A stretch of 62,964 nucleotides of DNA, filler included, from Octopus bimaculoides (Eukaryota): assembly GCF_001194135.2 (NCBI RefSeq). It is 7 parts of 6 records of this genome, joined end to end, with 100 filler letters (N's around TTAATTAATTAA, not from the genome) between each part and the next. Parts side by side here need not be neighbours in the genome. Positions count along the whole stretch, not along the records: positions 1 to 18,939 come from NC_068982.1; 6 more parts are not named here. One strand, given 5' to 3'. Below are positions 1-13,715 of this stretch, piece after piece. A program made the translations under genes and the position numbers. The notes beneath the pieces are model-generated. The model ran no database searches, was not told the origin of the DNA, and saw only the letters and a list, made by a program, of their open reading frames with translations. Numbering within the stretch: position 1 is the stretch's first letter; each line of letters opens with the position of its first letter.

Positions 1-32
<32 letters not shown>

Positions 33-49
33 GTGTATCAATATGTGTG

Positions 50-265
50 TGTGTCCCCTTGTGTTTATGCTTGTGCTCCATCACCGCTTTACAGCTGATG
101 TTGGCCTGTTTACATCCCCATAACTTAGTGGTCCTGCAAAAGAGACCAACAGATTAAGTACCAGGCCTAAAATTAAATACTAGGATTGATTTGTTCAGCT
201 AAACCCTTCAAGGCAGTGCTCCAGCATGGCTGCAGTCCAATGGCTGAAACAAGTAAAAGTAAAAT
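50..265 (+). mobile_element. SINE family B, 3' half
   Basis: Diverged match to the 3' half of the copy at 3732-4134 (CCAGCATGGCTGCAGTC...GAAACAAGTAAAAG tail). Confidence 0.7.
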
Positions 266-1289
266 TGCAATGAAAACCTTGTATCTGTTGTTTAGTGATC
301 TTGGCTTTGCTGAGGTATATTTTTGGCCTGGAAACAGCTTAATGCTTGCATCAGTCTAGCCTGGAACATGTAGTACTCATATAGAATGTTGTATTTGTGT
401 TTAATTATTAATCCTACCATCAAGTCTACTTATAAAATCAAATCTCTGATCCTGGCCATAGCAGAGACAAGGTGAACTTTGTCAGGTAATTCCTAAGTGT
501 GAAACACAACTCAGATCTTGTGCTTATGATCTGACAGATTTCTGAAGCAGCTCTGAACCATAAAGTAGCTGTGTTTTATTTTACATTTTTTTTCATTTCT
601 ATATTTTGTTTTTGACAAAGTAATAAATTGCTAATGAGACTTCTGAAATTGATGCTATTTCTTACACTCATGAATACTATCATCATCATCATCATCAAAT
701 TCTTTTTGCCATTTGCCAAATTTATGATACTTAGTTCACTTCCAGTGAAATAAGAGAAGTAATTCTTGCATAAAGATACTCCAACATATATGTTAAGTAT
801 GCTTATGTTGTTTATGTCAACACTTACAGTTTACTAGACATGTATATAAACCCATTGGGTTACTGATTACCTATTGATAGCATGAGTACATAGTAATTCT
901 GAGCTGGTGTCTGGCCAACTATAAGGCCACTGAGAGTGAGGCACCCTTTAATTTGCATTACAGCATGTCTTCAGTAAAAGGTTACACTGATATAAGATAT
1001 AGTAAGACTGCTGAGGCAGATATCTTGCCTCAGCTGGTCCCCAGGCTCCTTGGTTTTGTTATTGTGTGTCATTGTAGTGTTACTTCGGCTGTTTTTAACT
1101 TCAAATTTTGCACAGGCAATGCAAGCAGTCTTTGAATTTAATTCTTTAAAAAATGAATGTCTTTTACATGTCAGTGATGGTCATTCTCATTCAATGATTG
1201 AACAGCTATCATATATGTATGTATGTATATATGCATATGTATATATACACACACACACACACACAGATACTGTGGCAGATACTAGTGAC

Positions 1290-1430
1290 ACGCAAGTAGC
1301 ACCCATGTCAGTGGCATGTAAAAGCACCCATTTTACTCTCGGAGTGGTTGGCATTTGGAAGGGCATCCAGCCATAGAAACCATACCAAATGAGATGGGGT
1401 CTGGTGCAACCTTCCATCTTGCCAGCCCAG
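1290..1430 (+). mobile_element. Family C repeat (RTE-like 3' tail), diverged
   Basis: AAAAGCACCCATTTTACTCTCGGAGTGGTTGGC...GAAGGGCATCCAGC is shared with copies at 6865, 40610, 44340 and 56830. Confidence 0.7.
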
Positions 1431-3731
1431 TGGCGGCGGTTGTTGTTGTTGTAGTAGTAAAATGTCTGTGTTTTGATCTTGCCATGAATCTGTCTTGATA
1501 CCTAATGATTCATTCACTGATTACAGAAGTCTACAATGGAAATTCTTCAGGAGATTCATGAAACCTACCAAACTATTTATCTTCAGCTCCTTTTTCAGGG
1601 TTGCCAAGGTTTAGTCTGGTCTCTAGATCAACTTTTTTATGAAAACAGAAAAATATTTTTCTGATTTTGGAATATTCTCTAAAATTTATATTGCAAGAAT
1701 GCATTGAGAGTCAGAGCCCAAGTATAGTTGTGATTAACAACGCTCAAACAGTAAACCTTAAGCAGTTTTTTTTTCTTGTTAATTAATGAAAAAGAAGCTT
1801 ACATTCTGGGCGATGTTACCTATTTCCCCTCACTTTGTTTATACATGCCGAGCTAATGTTTTGCTTTCAAATTTGCACATACCTCTGTTCTTACAGTAAG
1901 GATTCTTACCTTATAAGACTATATATACCATGTGGAAGGTGGTATAATGTATTTTGGTCTGTATTATAAAATGTATTTTTATGAATAATTGCCCTTATCC
2001 AGGCTGTGAGATCTGGTTTATACTTCAACCACTGCATTCATCTCTATTCTCATCTCTAAGTATCTCTTACTCTCCTTTCTCCTTCTCACGAACCTACTCA
2101 CTCAACTACCCTTGATTCTCTATCTATATTCTCCTTTTAATCAGACCTCCTTTGTTTTCTATTTTAGGCCCCTTTTAATTGATAATCATAATATAGCTTA
2201 AGTCACCACTGCCCTTCCTCTTTCTGGATATGTCCTGTTATCTTGCTGGCATCTTCTGAGATATGTTCTTTTATGTAGTCATGGTAAATTTATAGTCACA
2301 GTAAAATAGGGGTAGGGGGAAAGTTTATCTGTCAATTCCCAGTGATTCTAATTCTAAGTTGATGAATACTAGCTGCATTGGGATCTTTTGATTGTGATAA
2401 GGAGAAAGATGAATGTAGCTATATTACCATTTCTTGACCCCCATTGTTATTCTCTTCTATTACTCCAAATTATAGTAGGCTTTGGGTATTTTCTCCCTAA
2501 GTTCATTCTGCTACAATAATAGCAATAAGCATGTAATTTTTTTATTCTCTAGTTCTGATGAAAAATTTGCTAAAAAATTATAATGGAGTATCTTGAATGT
2601 TGACAACCTATATGGTCTTTTGCATCCGAGGAAAGTGGGTTATTTCAAATCGATGTAATGCTTGCATTGATCGATTAAATGGAGCCGCTTGAAACAGCCG
2701 TAATGCACTAATACCTGTTACTTATTTGTTTTTTATTCACCTAACTTCGAGCTGTGTGGACAATACCAGACTGACTTGGTGCCTCAAATACCTAATTCAA
2801 CTATATGTATATATATGTGTGTGTATACACATAAATTTGTTTTTTGTTATGTATAAAAATTATTTAACATTAAACTATTTAACTGAGAGTTACTCAATAC
2901 TTTTTGGTAGATTACATATTTATTTATTTCTACAAGGAAAAGGTCAACAATGGCTTCAAAGTTTTGGCTTGCTCACCTTCATCAGATAGCCTTATAAAGC
3001 CACTGTCAACATTTCCCTCATACAAGTTAATAATTATACATATGTGTGTGTGCATGTAATATGTATGTGTGTGAAAGAGAGAGAGAGAGACTCCATTCAT
3101 TTAACCTCCGTTTTTCCCATGTTTGTATTAGTTGGTCCTGTGCTTATTTGAGACAAGATCTTACAGACATATGCTCTTCCTGTTGCCAACGATTACCTAT
3201 TTCACAAGTAGGGGGGGGGGGGTTATTTACATGCACATGGGTGTGTGTGTGTGTTTAATTTCAACATTTATTTTAATCATGACTTATATCAAAACTTAAA
3301 TATCATACTGACACACTGACCCCTTTGTTGAATTATTAATATTAAATCATAATGTACTCTTAAGTATCCTGTTATTATCTAAGTTAATGATAATCTGTCA
3401 AAATATTTATGTTGTTTCTCACCTGATGTACCACTTGTAACATTTCACTCTAGATGTTAACAGCAGTAACAACAGCAAGCATATTCTTTCACTTTACTAT
3501 TTCAGCAATCAACTCTCATTGAATGAACTACCGATATCTTTTAAGTAAGTTTTGATATCTTTGAATAATCTCTTATTTTTCTTTTGCAGTGTTTCTTTCT
3601 GATGAGATATATTTTTCCTTCTTCAAATATCTGCAACTTTGACACTTTTTTTATTTACCATTATTAATTGTAAAAATCAAATCAGAGGGTTATAATTAAT
3701 TCAGACCTAGGATGTTAAAAAGTAATGTAAA

Positions 3732-4134
3732 GTGGCTGTGTGGTAAGTAGCTAGCTTACCAACCACATGGTCCCGGGTTCAGTCCCACTGCGCGGCATCT
3801 TGGGCAAGTGTCTTCTACTATAGCCTCGGGCCGACCAAAGCCTTGTGAGTGGATTTGGTAGACGGAAACTGAAAGAAGCCCGTCGTATATATGTATATAC
3901 ATATATGTATGTGTGTGTGTATGTTTGTATGTGTGTGTTTGTCCCCCAACATCGCTTGACAACCGATGCTGGTGTGTTTATGTCCTCGTAACTTAGCGGT
4001 TCGGCAAAAGAGATCGATAAAATAAGTTCTAGGCTTCTACAGAATAAGTCCTGGGGTCGATTTGCTCGACTAAATGGCGGTGCTCCAGCATGGCCACAGT
4101 CAAAAGACTGAAACAAGTAAAAGAGTAAAAGAGT
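3732..4134 (+). mobile_element. Near full-length tRNA-derived SINE (family B)
   Basis: tRNA-like head with A box (TGGCTGTGTGG) and B box (GGTTCAGTCCC), internal (TA/TG)n and (TAAAAGAG)n tail; about 10 relatives in the window. Confidence 0.9.
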
Positions 4135-5649
4135 GTTATAAAATATATTAAATGAACTTTTGCAGGTGGTTATGATTGCTGTTCTTGTTCATTAGGTCCT
4201 CATCCAGTCAATCTGTGATCAAAGGTACTTCAGTGATGACAACATCTTGGACAGTATTGCTCTGTATAGTTTTTTCCTTTTAATTATATTTTTCTAAGAC
4301 AATAAGACGTGGTGTGAGGGAGACTTGGCTGTTATTTTTGGTAGATTGAGTATTCCAGTTGGTGCTCACTCGTTGCTAGATTCTAGCAGAATATATATGT
4401 CAAAATGAAACTCAGTGGAATTTGTTTAAAAGCTGTAAGTTTCTTCTGCTTCATCCTATTCAGTCTATTAACTCACTTCGAATGTATTGTGCTGTTATAA
4501 AAATCGTTTCTTGTGTTCCTTGACAATGTATATCTGAAACTACATGGCCAAAACATAAATTATTTGTATGGTACTAAGTGATTAAAAGACTGGAAACCAT
4601 AGGAGCATTTTAAGTTACTGGTACTTTCAGAGGTATAGCCCTGTAGTTAAGAAGCCTGCTTTGCAACACATAGTTTTAGATTCCGTCCCTCTGCATGTTA
4701 CCTAGGGCAAGAGTTTTCTACTGTAGTTCTAAACTGCCCAATGTCGTGAATTTGTTAGGTGGGAACTGTAAAGCCCATTGTATATGTGTTTGTGTGTGTA
4801 TTTTGATGAAAGAGTATAAACATCAGAAATAAAACTGAAAAAATTATACTGTTCAAATGAAGTTTCTTACAATAGTTATTCAACACTGAATTACAGACTC
4901 CTGCTTGTCACTTGCTGTCAGAAATGCAGTGAACCAGTGACTGACCTGTGAGACACTTGTAGCCAAAGATAATGTTGCTCACAAATTGTCAACTCAAAAT
5001 AAAATTCCTCAACACACTAGAAAAGGATACTAAATTGGCATGCTTGTGTAAAGATCTTTGAAGTGAGGCATGTAGAATACATCTTGCCCAAATTATAATC
5101 AGAATAATTAAAGTGAATATGAACTCATAGTCCATGACCTTTTAGTTCAAATTTTTATCCACCTGACTATTTTGTCTCTAAATTACATACATGAAGGATA
5201 TATTTTCAAACTTTACCATTCTTATATTATTTGTGGTATTATATATCTGTACAAAACATATTGCTCTTCTTTGCATTAATATGGTGGACTGACATTAGAT
5301 AAGCCATCCAGCTTTAAATTATTCTTCTAGCAATGTTCATGTGAATGGCCAGATATGCAGTAATGTCCAATCTATGTGAGATCTTAGAAATGATTCATAT
5401 TAAACCTGAGAAAATTATCAAAGATTTTATCAAATCTTGCAAATTCCAACCCATTTACCCTGTTATATGATAATCTGTACCAATATTTATGCAGTTGATT
5501 AACTTGAATTCCTCTGATTGATACAAGGATCATGATGAAGCTCTTGTGCAGACAGCCAAATTAGATGTCTGTTACCTGGTTGGATGTTTTACTAAATACT
5601 GATTGGGACAGGTGGGTTGGATGTCAAAACCAGTAATATTTTTTTGTAG

Positions 5650-5748
5650 ATTCAACTGACTTGTCGTCTCCTAACAAAGACTGAGTTGATGCATAAAGAT
5701 AATTTAGACATATTGATTCCTTACACATGGATGCAAAGCCTTAAACTT
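5650..5748 (+). CDS. Candidate internal coding exon, unidentified (IQLTCRLLTKTELMHKDNLDILIPYTWMQSLKL)
   Basis: T-rich acceptor TTTTTTTGTAG, donor GTAAGT, 99 nt, open only in phase 0; no homology recognised. Confidence 0.3.
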
Positions 5749-6257
5749 GTAAGTATATACAAGAAATGACCTGATACGACATACATGCATTTTAACAAAT
5801 GCGTACATAAATATTACAAGTGACATGGAATGATTTCAGTAGTGAAACAAAAGTTATTCTTGGAACTTGCTATTCTGTAACTTAACTCTACAACTCAAGT
5901 CTTTCACTCTAGAGTTGTTTCCCATTAAATATTCAGACACAACTATTACACATCGCTTCATGAGTAATCAATTCTTGTTTGTAAACTTTGTTATTATTAT
6001 ATTCATTTCCTTTTATTTTTATACAGTTTAGCCAAGCATTTTTATACAGCTTAGCCAAGCATTTAAATCAACTGTTTAGGAAGTGTTTCAATAGTAATTA
6101 GCCTATATACCTGACCACAGATGAAGCTTAAACTTTATCCTCTATTAAATCAATGTCATAATTTTCTTTTGTAGAACATTGACCTCATTCTAGGAAACAA
6201 GACGTATTTTATAATTGTTAGGTATTCTGAGAATGACAAGCAATATTATCTTTTGTC

Positions 6258-6565
6258 TTTAACTTGCTTCAATCATTAGACTATGGCCATTCTGTAGCAC
6301 CACCCTGAAGAATTTTAGTCAAACGAATCTGCCCCAGTGCTTTTTTTTAACACTGGTATTCTGATCTCTTCTGCTGAATCACTAGGTTACAGGGATGTAA
6401 ACATACCAACACCAGTTGTCAGGCAGTAGTGGGGGACAAACACAGGCACAAAAACACATACTTATAGATATATAAATACAGATATGACAGACTTCTTTCA
6501 GTTTCCATCTACCAAATTCATTCATAAGGCTTTGATCAGCCCAAGGTGCCACACAGTGGGACCGA
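6258..6565 (-). mobile_element. SINE family B, diverged
   Basis: Reverse-complement similarity to 3732-4134. Confidence 0.75.
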
Positions 6566-6732
6566 ATGTAGGGAATACAATAAGGATTCATTCCAAAGGC
6601 TGAAACCTGTCTTAGTCACTGCCAATTTTTTTCATGTGTATAGCTGTCATATTGTCTTTTTGTCCAGCAAATTAATCTTTCTCTGTGCCTGTGTACTGTA
6701 TACAGTAAGCTCACTACTACTACTACTATTAA

Positions 6733-7105
6733 GGCGATGAGCTGGATGAATCGTAAGCATGCTTAGTGATATTTTGTCCATCTTTACGTTCTGGGTTCAA
6801 ATGCCACTGAGGTTGACTTTGCCTCTCATCGTTTCAGGGTCGATAGTACCATGTGACTGGCCCTCTTGCCGGTGGCACATAAAAGCACACACTACACTCT
6901 CGGAGTGGTTAGCGTAAGAAAGGGCATCCAGCTGTAGAAACTCTGCCAAATCAGATTGGAGCCTGGTGCAGCCATCCGGTTCACCAGTCCTCAGTCAAAT
7001 CGTCCAACCCATGCTAGCATGGAAAGCGGACGTTAAACGATGATGATACACATTGTGCCTTGTGCCTATAGTAGAAAGGATTATTATCATCATTATCATT
7101 ATCAT
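6733..7105 (+). mobile_element. Family A SINE interrupted by a family C copy (~6850-7047)
   Basis: Family A head (GAGCTGG..GAATCG, GGTTCAAATGCC B box) stops at ~6848, family C with (GAT)n tail follows, then the family A tail GTAGAAAGGATTATT resumes. Confidence 0.75.
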
Positions 7106-7109
7106 CTTG

Positions 7110-7330
7110 AAAGTGGCAAGCCTGGAGAATCATTAGCACACTAGACAAAATACTTAGCTGCATTTTTCCTGATCTTTACAGTCTGTGTTCAAATTCTACT
7201 GAGGTTGCCTTTCATCCTTTCAGGGGGAATAAAATAAATACAAGCTGAACATTGGGATTGATGTAATCAACTAGCTCCCCCAAAATTTCAGGCCTTATGC
7301 CTTTAGTAGAAAGGATTATTATTATTATTG
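7110..7330 (+). mobile_element. SINE family A
   Basis: GAGAATCATTAGCAC head, TTCAAATTC B box, GTAGAAAGGA(TTA)n tail. Confidence 0.8.
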
Positions 7331-7339
7331 TTGTTGTTT

Positions 7340-8050
7340 CTGTCATTGGACTGCAGCTATACAAGGTTGCTGCTTTGAAGGGTTTCGATCATTTTAACCC
7401 AATACTTATTTTAAATCTGGAGTTTATCGATCACTATTTGTCCAATCTTTAAGTAATGGGGTTTAAATGAAGAACACTGTTTTTAAATGATATTAATGTA
7501 AAGACTTGGAGACAGGTACTCCCAAACACACACACACACATATGCATGGCAAGCGTCCATAATTTCCATCTACCAAATTTTGCTCAAAAACATTGGTCAA
7601 CCTGAGGTTGAATTGGAAGGTACTTGCTACAGATGCCAAGCAGTGGGACTGAACTCTGAAACTATATGATAGCAAAGTAAACTTATAACATTATACTGCT
7701 ATAATCTTTCTATTTTTTACTTGCTTCAGTCATTGGAATGTGGCCTTGCTGGGGCACTGCCTTGAAGTGTTTAGTCAAAACAAATCAACCGCAGTACTTA
7801 TTTGCAAAGTTTGATGCTTATTCTATCAGTCTCTTTTGTGGAGCCACTAGGTTATGCGGATGTAAACAAACCAACAGTTGTCAAGCAGATATATATATGT
7901 ATGACAGGTTTCTTTCAGTTTCCGTCTACAAATCCACCCACAAAGCTTTGGTTGACCTGGTGCTGTACTAGAGAAGACTCTTGCCCAAGGTGCCACATAG
8001 TGGGACTGAACCTGGAACCATGTGGCTGGGAAGCAAACTTCTTGTCTCAC
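7340..8050 (-). mobile_element. Two tandem family B SINEs
   Basis: Two diverged reverse-complement matches to 3732-4134 (~7340-7700 and ~7715-8050). Confidence 0.7.
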
Positions 8051-10349
8051 AAAAATGTCTTAATTTTTCTTGTTTTTTTTAAACTTGGAATTAGGCCAAT
8101 ATTTGTAAACATAGCAAGATGTCTGAGCAAAATAGTATTGTTTGGAGGCCATAAGTGTTCCTGTTTATGTTTGGTCTTAAATTACCTATAATCAAAAGCA
8201 TCTGCCCCTGACTTTCCTATTTAAATGAAAAAATTGTATACCTATAAGTTTTTTTCTTTTTTATAAATAGCAGGGTGTAGTTTAAGAAGTACATGACTAT
8301 TGTTTCCAGCATCTTGGGCAGCCACATACATGATGTATCAGTTGGCTCAGTGTCAAAGACCATGTGTTTTAATCTGTTGCAGGAATTTTATTGTTTCTGG
8401 GCAGAGCACTTTGTTCCACATTGCTTCATCAAATGGGTTGCATTTGTAATCCAAAAGACTTTCTTTGTCATCCCCTATCATGCTGATTTTGTCAGCAGAT
8501 TATGTGTTTGTGTCTCTTTGTCTTGACATGACATGGTAATTGTAAAACAAGTGTTACCATCATACAAGTGATGTCTTTTCTTTCCAATATCCTTGGAAAC
8601 AGGTGAAGGTGAGCATCCAGCCATTGAAAAATCTGCCTCAATGAATTCTGTCGGACTCATCCAAGTATGTATAGGTGGATGTTAAAATGATGATTATACA
8701 TATATGTGTGTGTGTGCACATGCTGGGAGCATGTGTGTGAATGACCGTGTCAAACATAAATTGTATTTACCATATGATCAAATAGGTAGATTAAAGGATT
8801 TGTTAAAAATATATCAGTAAAATTAGAACAAAAGCAGACTTGTTGAAGTTGAAGAAAGAAAGAAATCAACCAGCCAAAATAAACACAGGTTTTAATAAGT
8901 TATATAAATATCAACATTTGCAGGTCTATCCAAACATTGTTGATGAAAGTCATTTATCATTTGTAATAAAAATTCATATGAAACATTTTTTTAAACAAAG
9001 ATATGGAATTTGTCTATCTCAATTTTTCATAGTCGAAACCTTATTTTTATCTATTGATTAATGTATCTAAATGATCGAGTCAAAAACTATGCCTCGTTAG
9101 AGTTCTTGGTTAAATTTAGCATTAACCTTCTTAAGACCAATGCATCTAGTAGTTTACTTCAAAGTTATTTCAAAATAGCTTCTATCTACTGTTGTTCTTC
9201 CTTCCAGTTTAACTTCATTGGCATGCAGATTTATAGGTTACAGATTTGCACATTGTTAACTATCTTCATAACAAACATTTCAAACACCTAACTGACAGAC
9301 ATTTGAAACACTTGTAATCATTCGATTTGACTTTTGTAAGCAGAGGAAATGTCCTTCAGCTGTTCCACTAATGTTTCTTTTCCAGTCACTCTATTTAGTA
9401 TGAAATAGTGAAGTGTTATTTGCTATTTTCAAGTATATATCTGATTGTGTTGCTGAGGTAACAGACCTTATCTAACTTGTTACTACCGATCATTGTCTCA
9501 TAGCATGGGTCTTCTTACTGTCTCAGTTCAATGTCTAAATTTAATTACATTATCTTAAATTTCTTACCTGTTTACTATTTTCTATAACAATGTATCTACA
9601 AAGGTAAATTCTATCAACTTTGAAATGCAACTTAATCTTTCTACACCTGTGTAATTTTACTTTCTCAACTGGACTCATTCTTTTCATTTATCTCATTGTA
9701 GTTCCTTTTTATCTATTTATTTATCTGTTCATTTAGTTGTGAGAAATTGTGAACACAGGTGTTTTCATTGGTTTGTTTTCTTTGAGTCATTTTATATATG
9801 TTAGAATATAAAGTGTTGTGTGAAATATTTTTCATTGTTAATGTTGTTCCCCTTGAAATTGTGGTGTGAGTGATATGAAGGAAAAGAGAAAAAGAGAGAA
9901 GGTACATTGTTCATTTGCTATTCTTTGTTAAAAGAAGACAAATAAAAACACAGGTTTGTTCAGAAACTTTTCCATACTTCAAATTGAGTAGTTACCATTT
10001 AACTACATTGTTTTTCTGTTTCTTCTCTGGGGCAGAAATTCCTGTTGCCATGCATTTCAGTTGCTGCTTTGAATTTCATTCTCCTCTAATTATTTATTCA
10101 TTTATGAAGGAAAGAGGAAGCAGTTGTTTGGGACAGAGCTGTTTTAATGTCAGGGTAAAAATCTTACAAAGGCTATATTTTGACTGAAAGAAAGATTTAT
10201 GTATTTGTGTGTGTAACTATATAATTAAGTCTGTTCTATGGTTTCTTGTAGAAAGCCAAGTGAACATCAGATGTAGGAAATTTTGCAAACCACTGAGAAA
10301 CTTTAGTATCCACTTAGATTATCTGAGTGAAACCATAGTATTAATGCGA

Positions 10350-11310
10350 AATGCTAACTTGGAAACTATGTCTAGCCACCAAGCCTATTCAGTGTCCTAG
10401 AGGAACTTCAATTTTCCATATTGTGTACCACAAGGATCAGACCTTTCACCCATTCTCTTCAACCTGCATCTACATGACAGTTCGACATCTCTGCAATTTT
10501 TTCACACCACCACAAAACAGACACCTTTATACATAAATAATATCACACTCATATCCGCTCATCATTCTCCAGACATTGTTACTCCATTGCTTGAACCGTA
10601 CTTAAATCTTCTGGAAACTCAGCTCACAGCAACACTTTACAATAACACCTACTAAATCCACTGTTTCCCATTTTACTTGCAAGGCCAGAGAACATTGTAT
10701 ACAATGGTGGAAACCCACTTTGGCCATAGTAAATGGACTAGAGCTGGTAAAAGAGTAAAAGAATAACCAACCATCATACTACACACACACACACTGACAT
10801 ACTACACACACATACACACACACACACAACAGAGAAGTAGCAGGAATTACATACAATCCCTCATAGAGGACATAGTGGAAAAAGCAAAACAGCACACAGA
10901 GCAATCACAAACACCATATTTGTCTAACAAAAAGAGGCAGTAGTAATGACATACAAACACTACGTTAAATCCTTTATAGACTATACCAGTCTTACGTGTG
11001 TCCTTGATATCTTCACAACAAACCACAAAATACATAAACCTGTACGTTACATATCATTTCAGGTTGTACAATGACCACACCTACAGATTACCTACTCAAA
11101 GAAGCAAAACTATCAAAAAGAAAAGAACACTTGGACATTCAAGGGGCACAGTTTCTTCTGGCAGCAAGCGTCAGATTCTACAATCACTGTCACTGTATGA
11201 ATAATCACTTTTCAACTATTCAGACCTATCTGTAATATCCCCAGAGCACATCTTCAATTGTTGCTCACTCCCAAAAATAGGTATAAAGGAGCAGCAACTG
11301 TTGCACCCCC
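10350..11310 (+). mobile_element. Decayed I/Jockey-group LINE fragments (RT and 3' end)
   Basis: Frameshifted translation VPQGSDLSPILFNLHLHD...NITLIS...LLEPYLNLLE...ITPTKSTV resembles the RT PQGS-LSP-LFN and YADD blocks; PEHIFNC near 11250. Confidence 0.5.
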
Positions 11311-11384
11311 AGTATGGTTACCATCAAAATTTATAAGTATATAGAAACAGACAGGATAGTGGAGAGAGGGTAGTGTGTCTAGAC

Positions 11385-11649
11385 CAGGGGTTTTCAAACT
11401 TTTTGACTTGCGGACCCCTTTATATTTCAGGCTTTACCCTTATAAACGCTTATGAAATTTATACATAAATATTTGCTTAAAATAACATATATTTTTACAT
11501 TTATTTATTTAACAGTATTTAACAGATAAGTTTATTGTCAATTAAAAGATTTCGATTAAAAAAACATATATAAAATCAAATTGCCCATAAAAAGTATTTG
11601 CTGTCCACGGACCCCCTGTGGTCCGCGGACCACAGTTTGAAAACCCCTG
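11385..11649. mobile_element. hAT (Charlie/Buster-type) MITE, 265 bp
   Basis: Perfect 16-bp TIRs CAGGGGTTTTCAAACT and identical 8-bp TSDs GTCTAGAC at 11377-11384 and 11650-11657. Confidence 0.95.
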
Positions 11650-12259
11650 GTCTAGACTATCAAACTGCAGTGTGTATGATTATTCCATTCTTGCAGTATG
11701 TAGTATGGTATTCAGCTAGGTAAAGTTATGGTATAACTGAGAAGCTGAATCAGTAGGTTGTACTAATTCATTCAGTTACCTGCTTGCCATTGAACTGCTC
11801 TGTTAGCGCTAACTTGGGGCTATGCAACAACAGTAAAAGCAGATTCTACACACTTCACAACTGGTATGTATTGAGTACCTTAATATGTATTTGTACAAGC
11901 ACATAAACCAAAACTGTCTCTTGATATGCTAGAAATAGTAGCCAATTAACAATGTGCCCATCTTGAAAAATGAGCTATTCATTGAACAATATAAATGGTT
12001 GCGCAAATGATGGAATACTTGGGGTTGGAACCTTTAATCATTAGCTTTTTTAATCAGTTTAGGCATTGACAACATAGATTTTACATACACACACACACAC
12101 ACGCATGCACGCACACACACACACACAGTTACTATTTGTGTCAGTTATGATATATATATATATTTGTTCATAGAAAAACATGTAATCGTTACCAATATAG
12201 CAAGAGATTTCACTGCAAAAAGTCTAAAGTAGACACCTTAAGGATCGTTCTCCTTGGTT

Positions 12260-12690
12260 ATATATCCAAAGTTTTAAATTTAAAAGAGAGTTTTGACGCT
12301 AATATCCATTATTATTGAAATTTATTCCTATGTCAACATTTCTGTATAAGGCTATATTTGACTGTCAAATTTAAGTCAAACATATAAATTGCCTTACATG
12401 TCTTCAGGGAAAAAAATTTAAGAACAAAATTCAAGAACAAAAGGAGGAATTTATTTAACGAGTTATTTAAGGACAAATTTGAATATGGACTGGACTTAGA
12501 GATGATGTTTTGGTATTTACCTTTTGTTCTTAAATTTTTTTTCCCTGAAGACGTGTAAGGCAATTTATATGTTTGACTTAAATTTGACAGTCAAATATAG
12601 CCTTATACAGAAATGTTGACATAGGAATAAATTTCAATAATAATGGATATTAGTGTCAAAACTCTCTTTTAAACTTAAAACTTTGTATAT
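12260..12690. mobile_element. Foldback/MITE with ~170-bp near-perfect inverted arms
   Basis: ~12260-12430 is the reverse complement of ~12523-12690 with few mismatches; ~90-bp spacer; TA-rich flanks. Confidence 0.85.
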
Positions 12691-13259
12691 ATATATATAT
12701 ATATATTTAAAGCTATTTCTGTCACATATTTTCTGTCATTGTGATGAAATATTTGAGTCGGGATTGTTCTGGAATCTTTTTATCCACGTGCCTGTTTTGT
12801 CCAATTTGCTTCACGCAGATAACTTTAATCAATGAGTTTCTAAAATATCCAGTATGTGGGTTATTCAGGGTCTACAAAATTACTGGCTTTGGTTTATTAA
12901 ATAACTTGGTTGTGTTTGTTGAGAACACATTATCATCATTTCATGTTTGCTTTACCATACCAGCATGTGATGGACGGGTTGTCGTAGTCTCTCAATTTTT
13001 ATTTGGAGTTAATGTCCTCCTAGGTAAATCAGAGACCACTTTTCACTTAGTAGTTCTAGTTTTTGCATAGTTTCCCTTCTTATCACCAACCAGAGTGCAT
13101 TACCTCATTGGCATTGACACTAGAGATGTTGTCTTGTTACCAGCAAGACTAAAAAGTCCTCTTTGTCAAGATTAAAGAGTCCCCTTTTCCCTACGTTTTC
13201 TCCTTTCGTGCATTCCTTTCTTTCACACAATTTGATATGTATGTATGTATGAAATTGCG

Positions 13260-13715
13260 TCTCTGTAAAGTTTTCTTCCATTCATCCAACTAGAGTATCG
13301 ATGAGATGCGTGCAGGGCAATAAATGGAGGCCACATGGATATGTGCAAGCGCTCTCTACCTTTTTGCAAATATTCACACAAACCCTCTTCTTTTCAGATG
13401 CTACTCATTCACTCTTCCCATCTAATTTATAATCTTAGAACAGCCAAATCAATGTAGGCCCAAGGAAAGGTAGACCTGGTGAGGTTGTTGAAATGCTAGA
13501 ACGATGGCATTGTGCTAGACTTGTGCTATGTGCAAGAGTTGATACAGTGGTGAGCCTCAACCAGACTTTTCATGGGTAAGGAACAGAGATAAATTCTTCT
13601 GAGTAGAGAATAGCGGTGTAGACAGTGTAGGCATACTGTTGACAGAGAAACAGGTAGATAAGGTGGTTGAGGTAGTCAAAGAGTGTAATAGGATAATTAA
13701 GCATTTAAGTAGAGT
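13260..13715 (+). mobile_element. RTE-type LINE 5' fragment (apurinic endonuclease N-terminus)
   Basis: Frameshifted NVG..KGRPGEVVEMLERW..LCYVQE...GKEQRYKFF..VGILLTEKQVDKVVEVVKECNRIIK matches the APE start of RTE ORFs. Confidence 0.6.

Noticed and set aside
1010-1034. Hairpin GCTGAGGCAGATATCTTGCCTCAGC with a miR-31-like AGGCAAGAT on the - strand
   Set aside because: The stem is only ~9-10 bp, far too short for a pre-miRNA, and the match stops after the seed
9386-9457. AG...GT-bounded 72-nt segment as a coding exon
   Set aside because: Stop codons in all three frames
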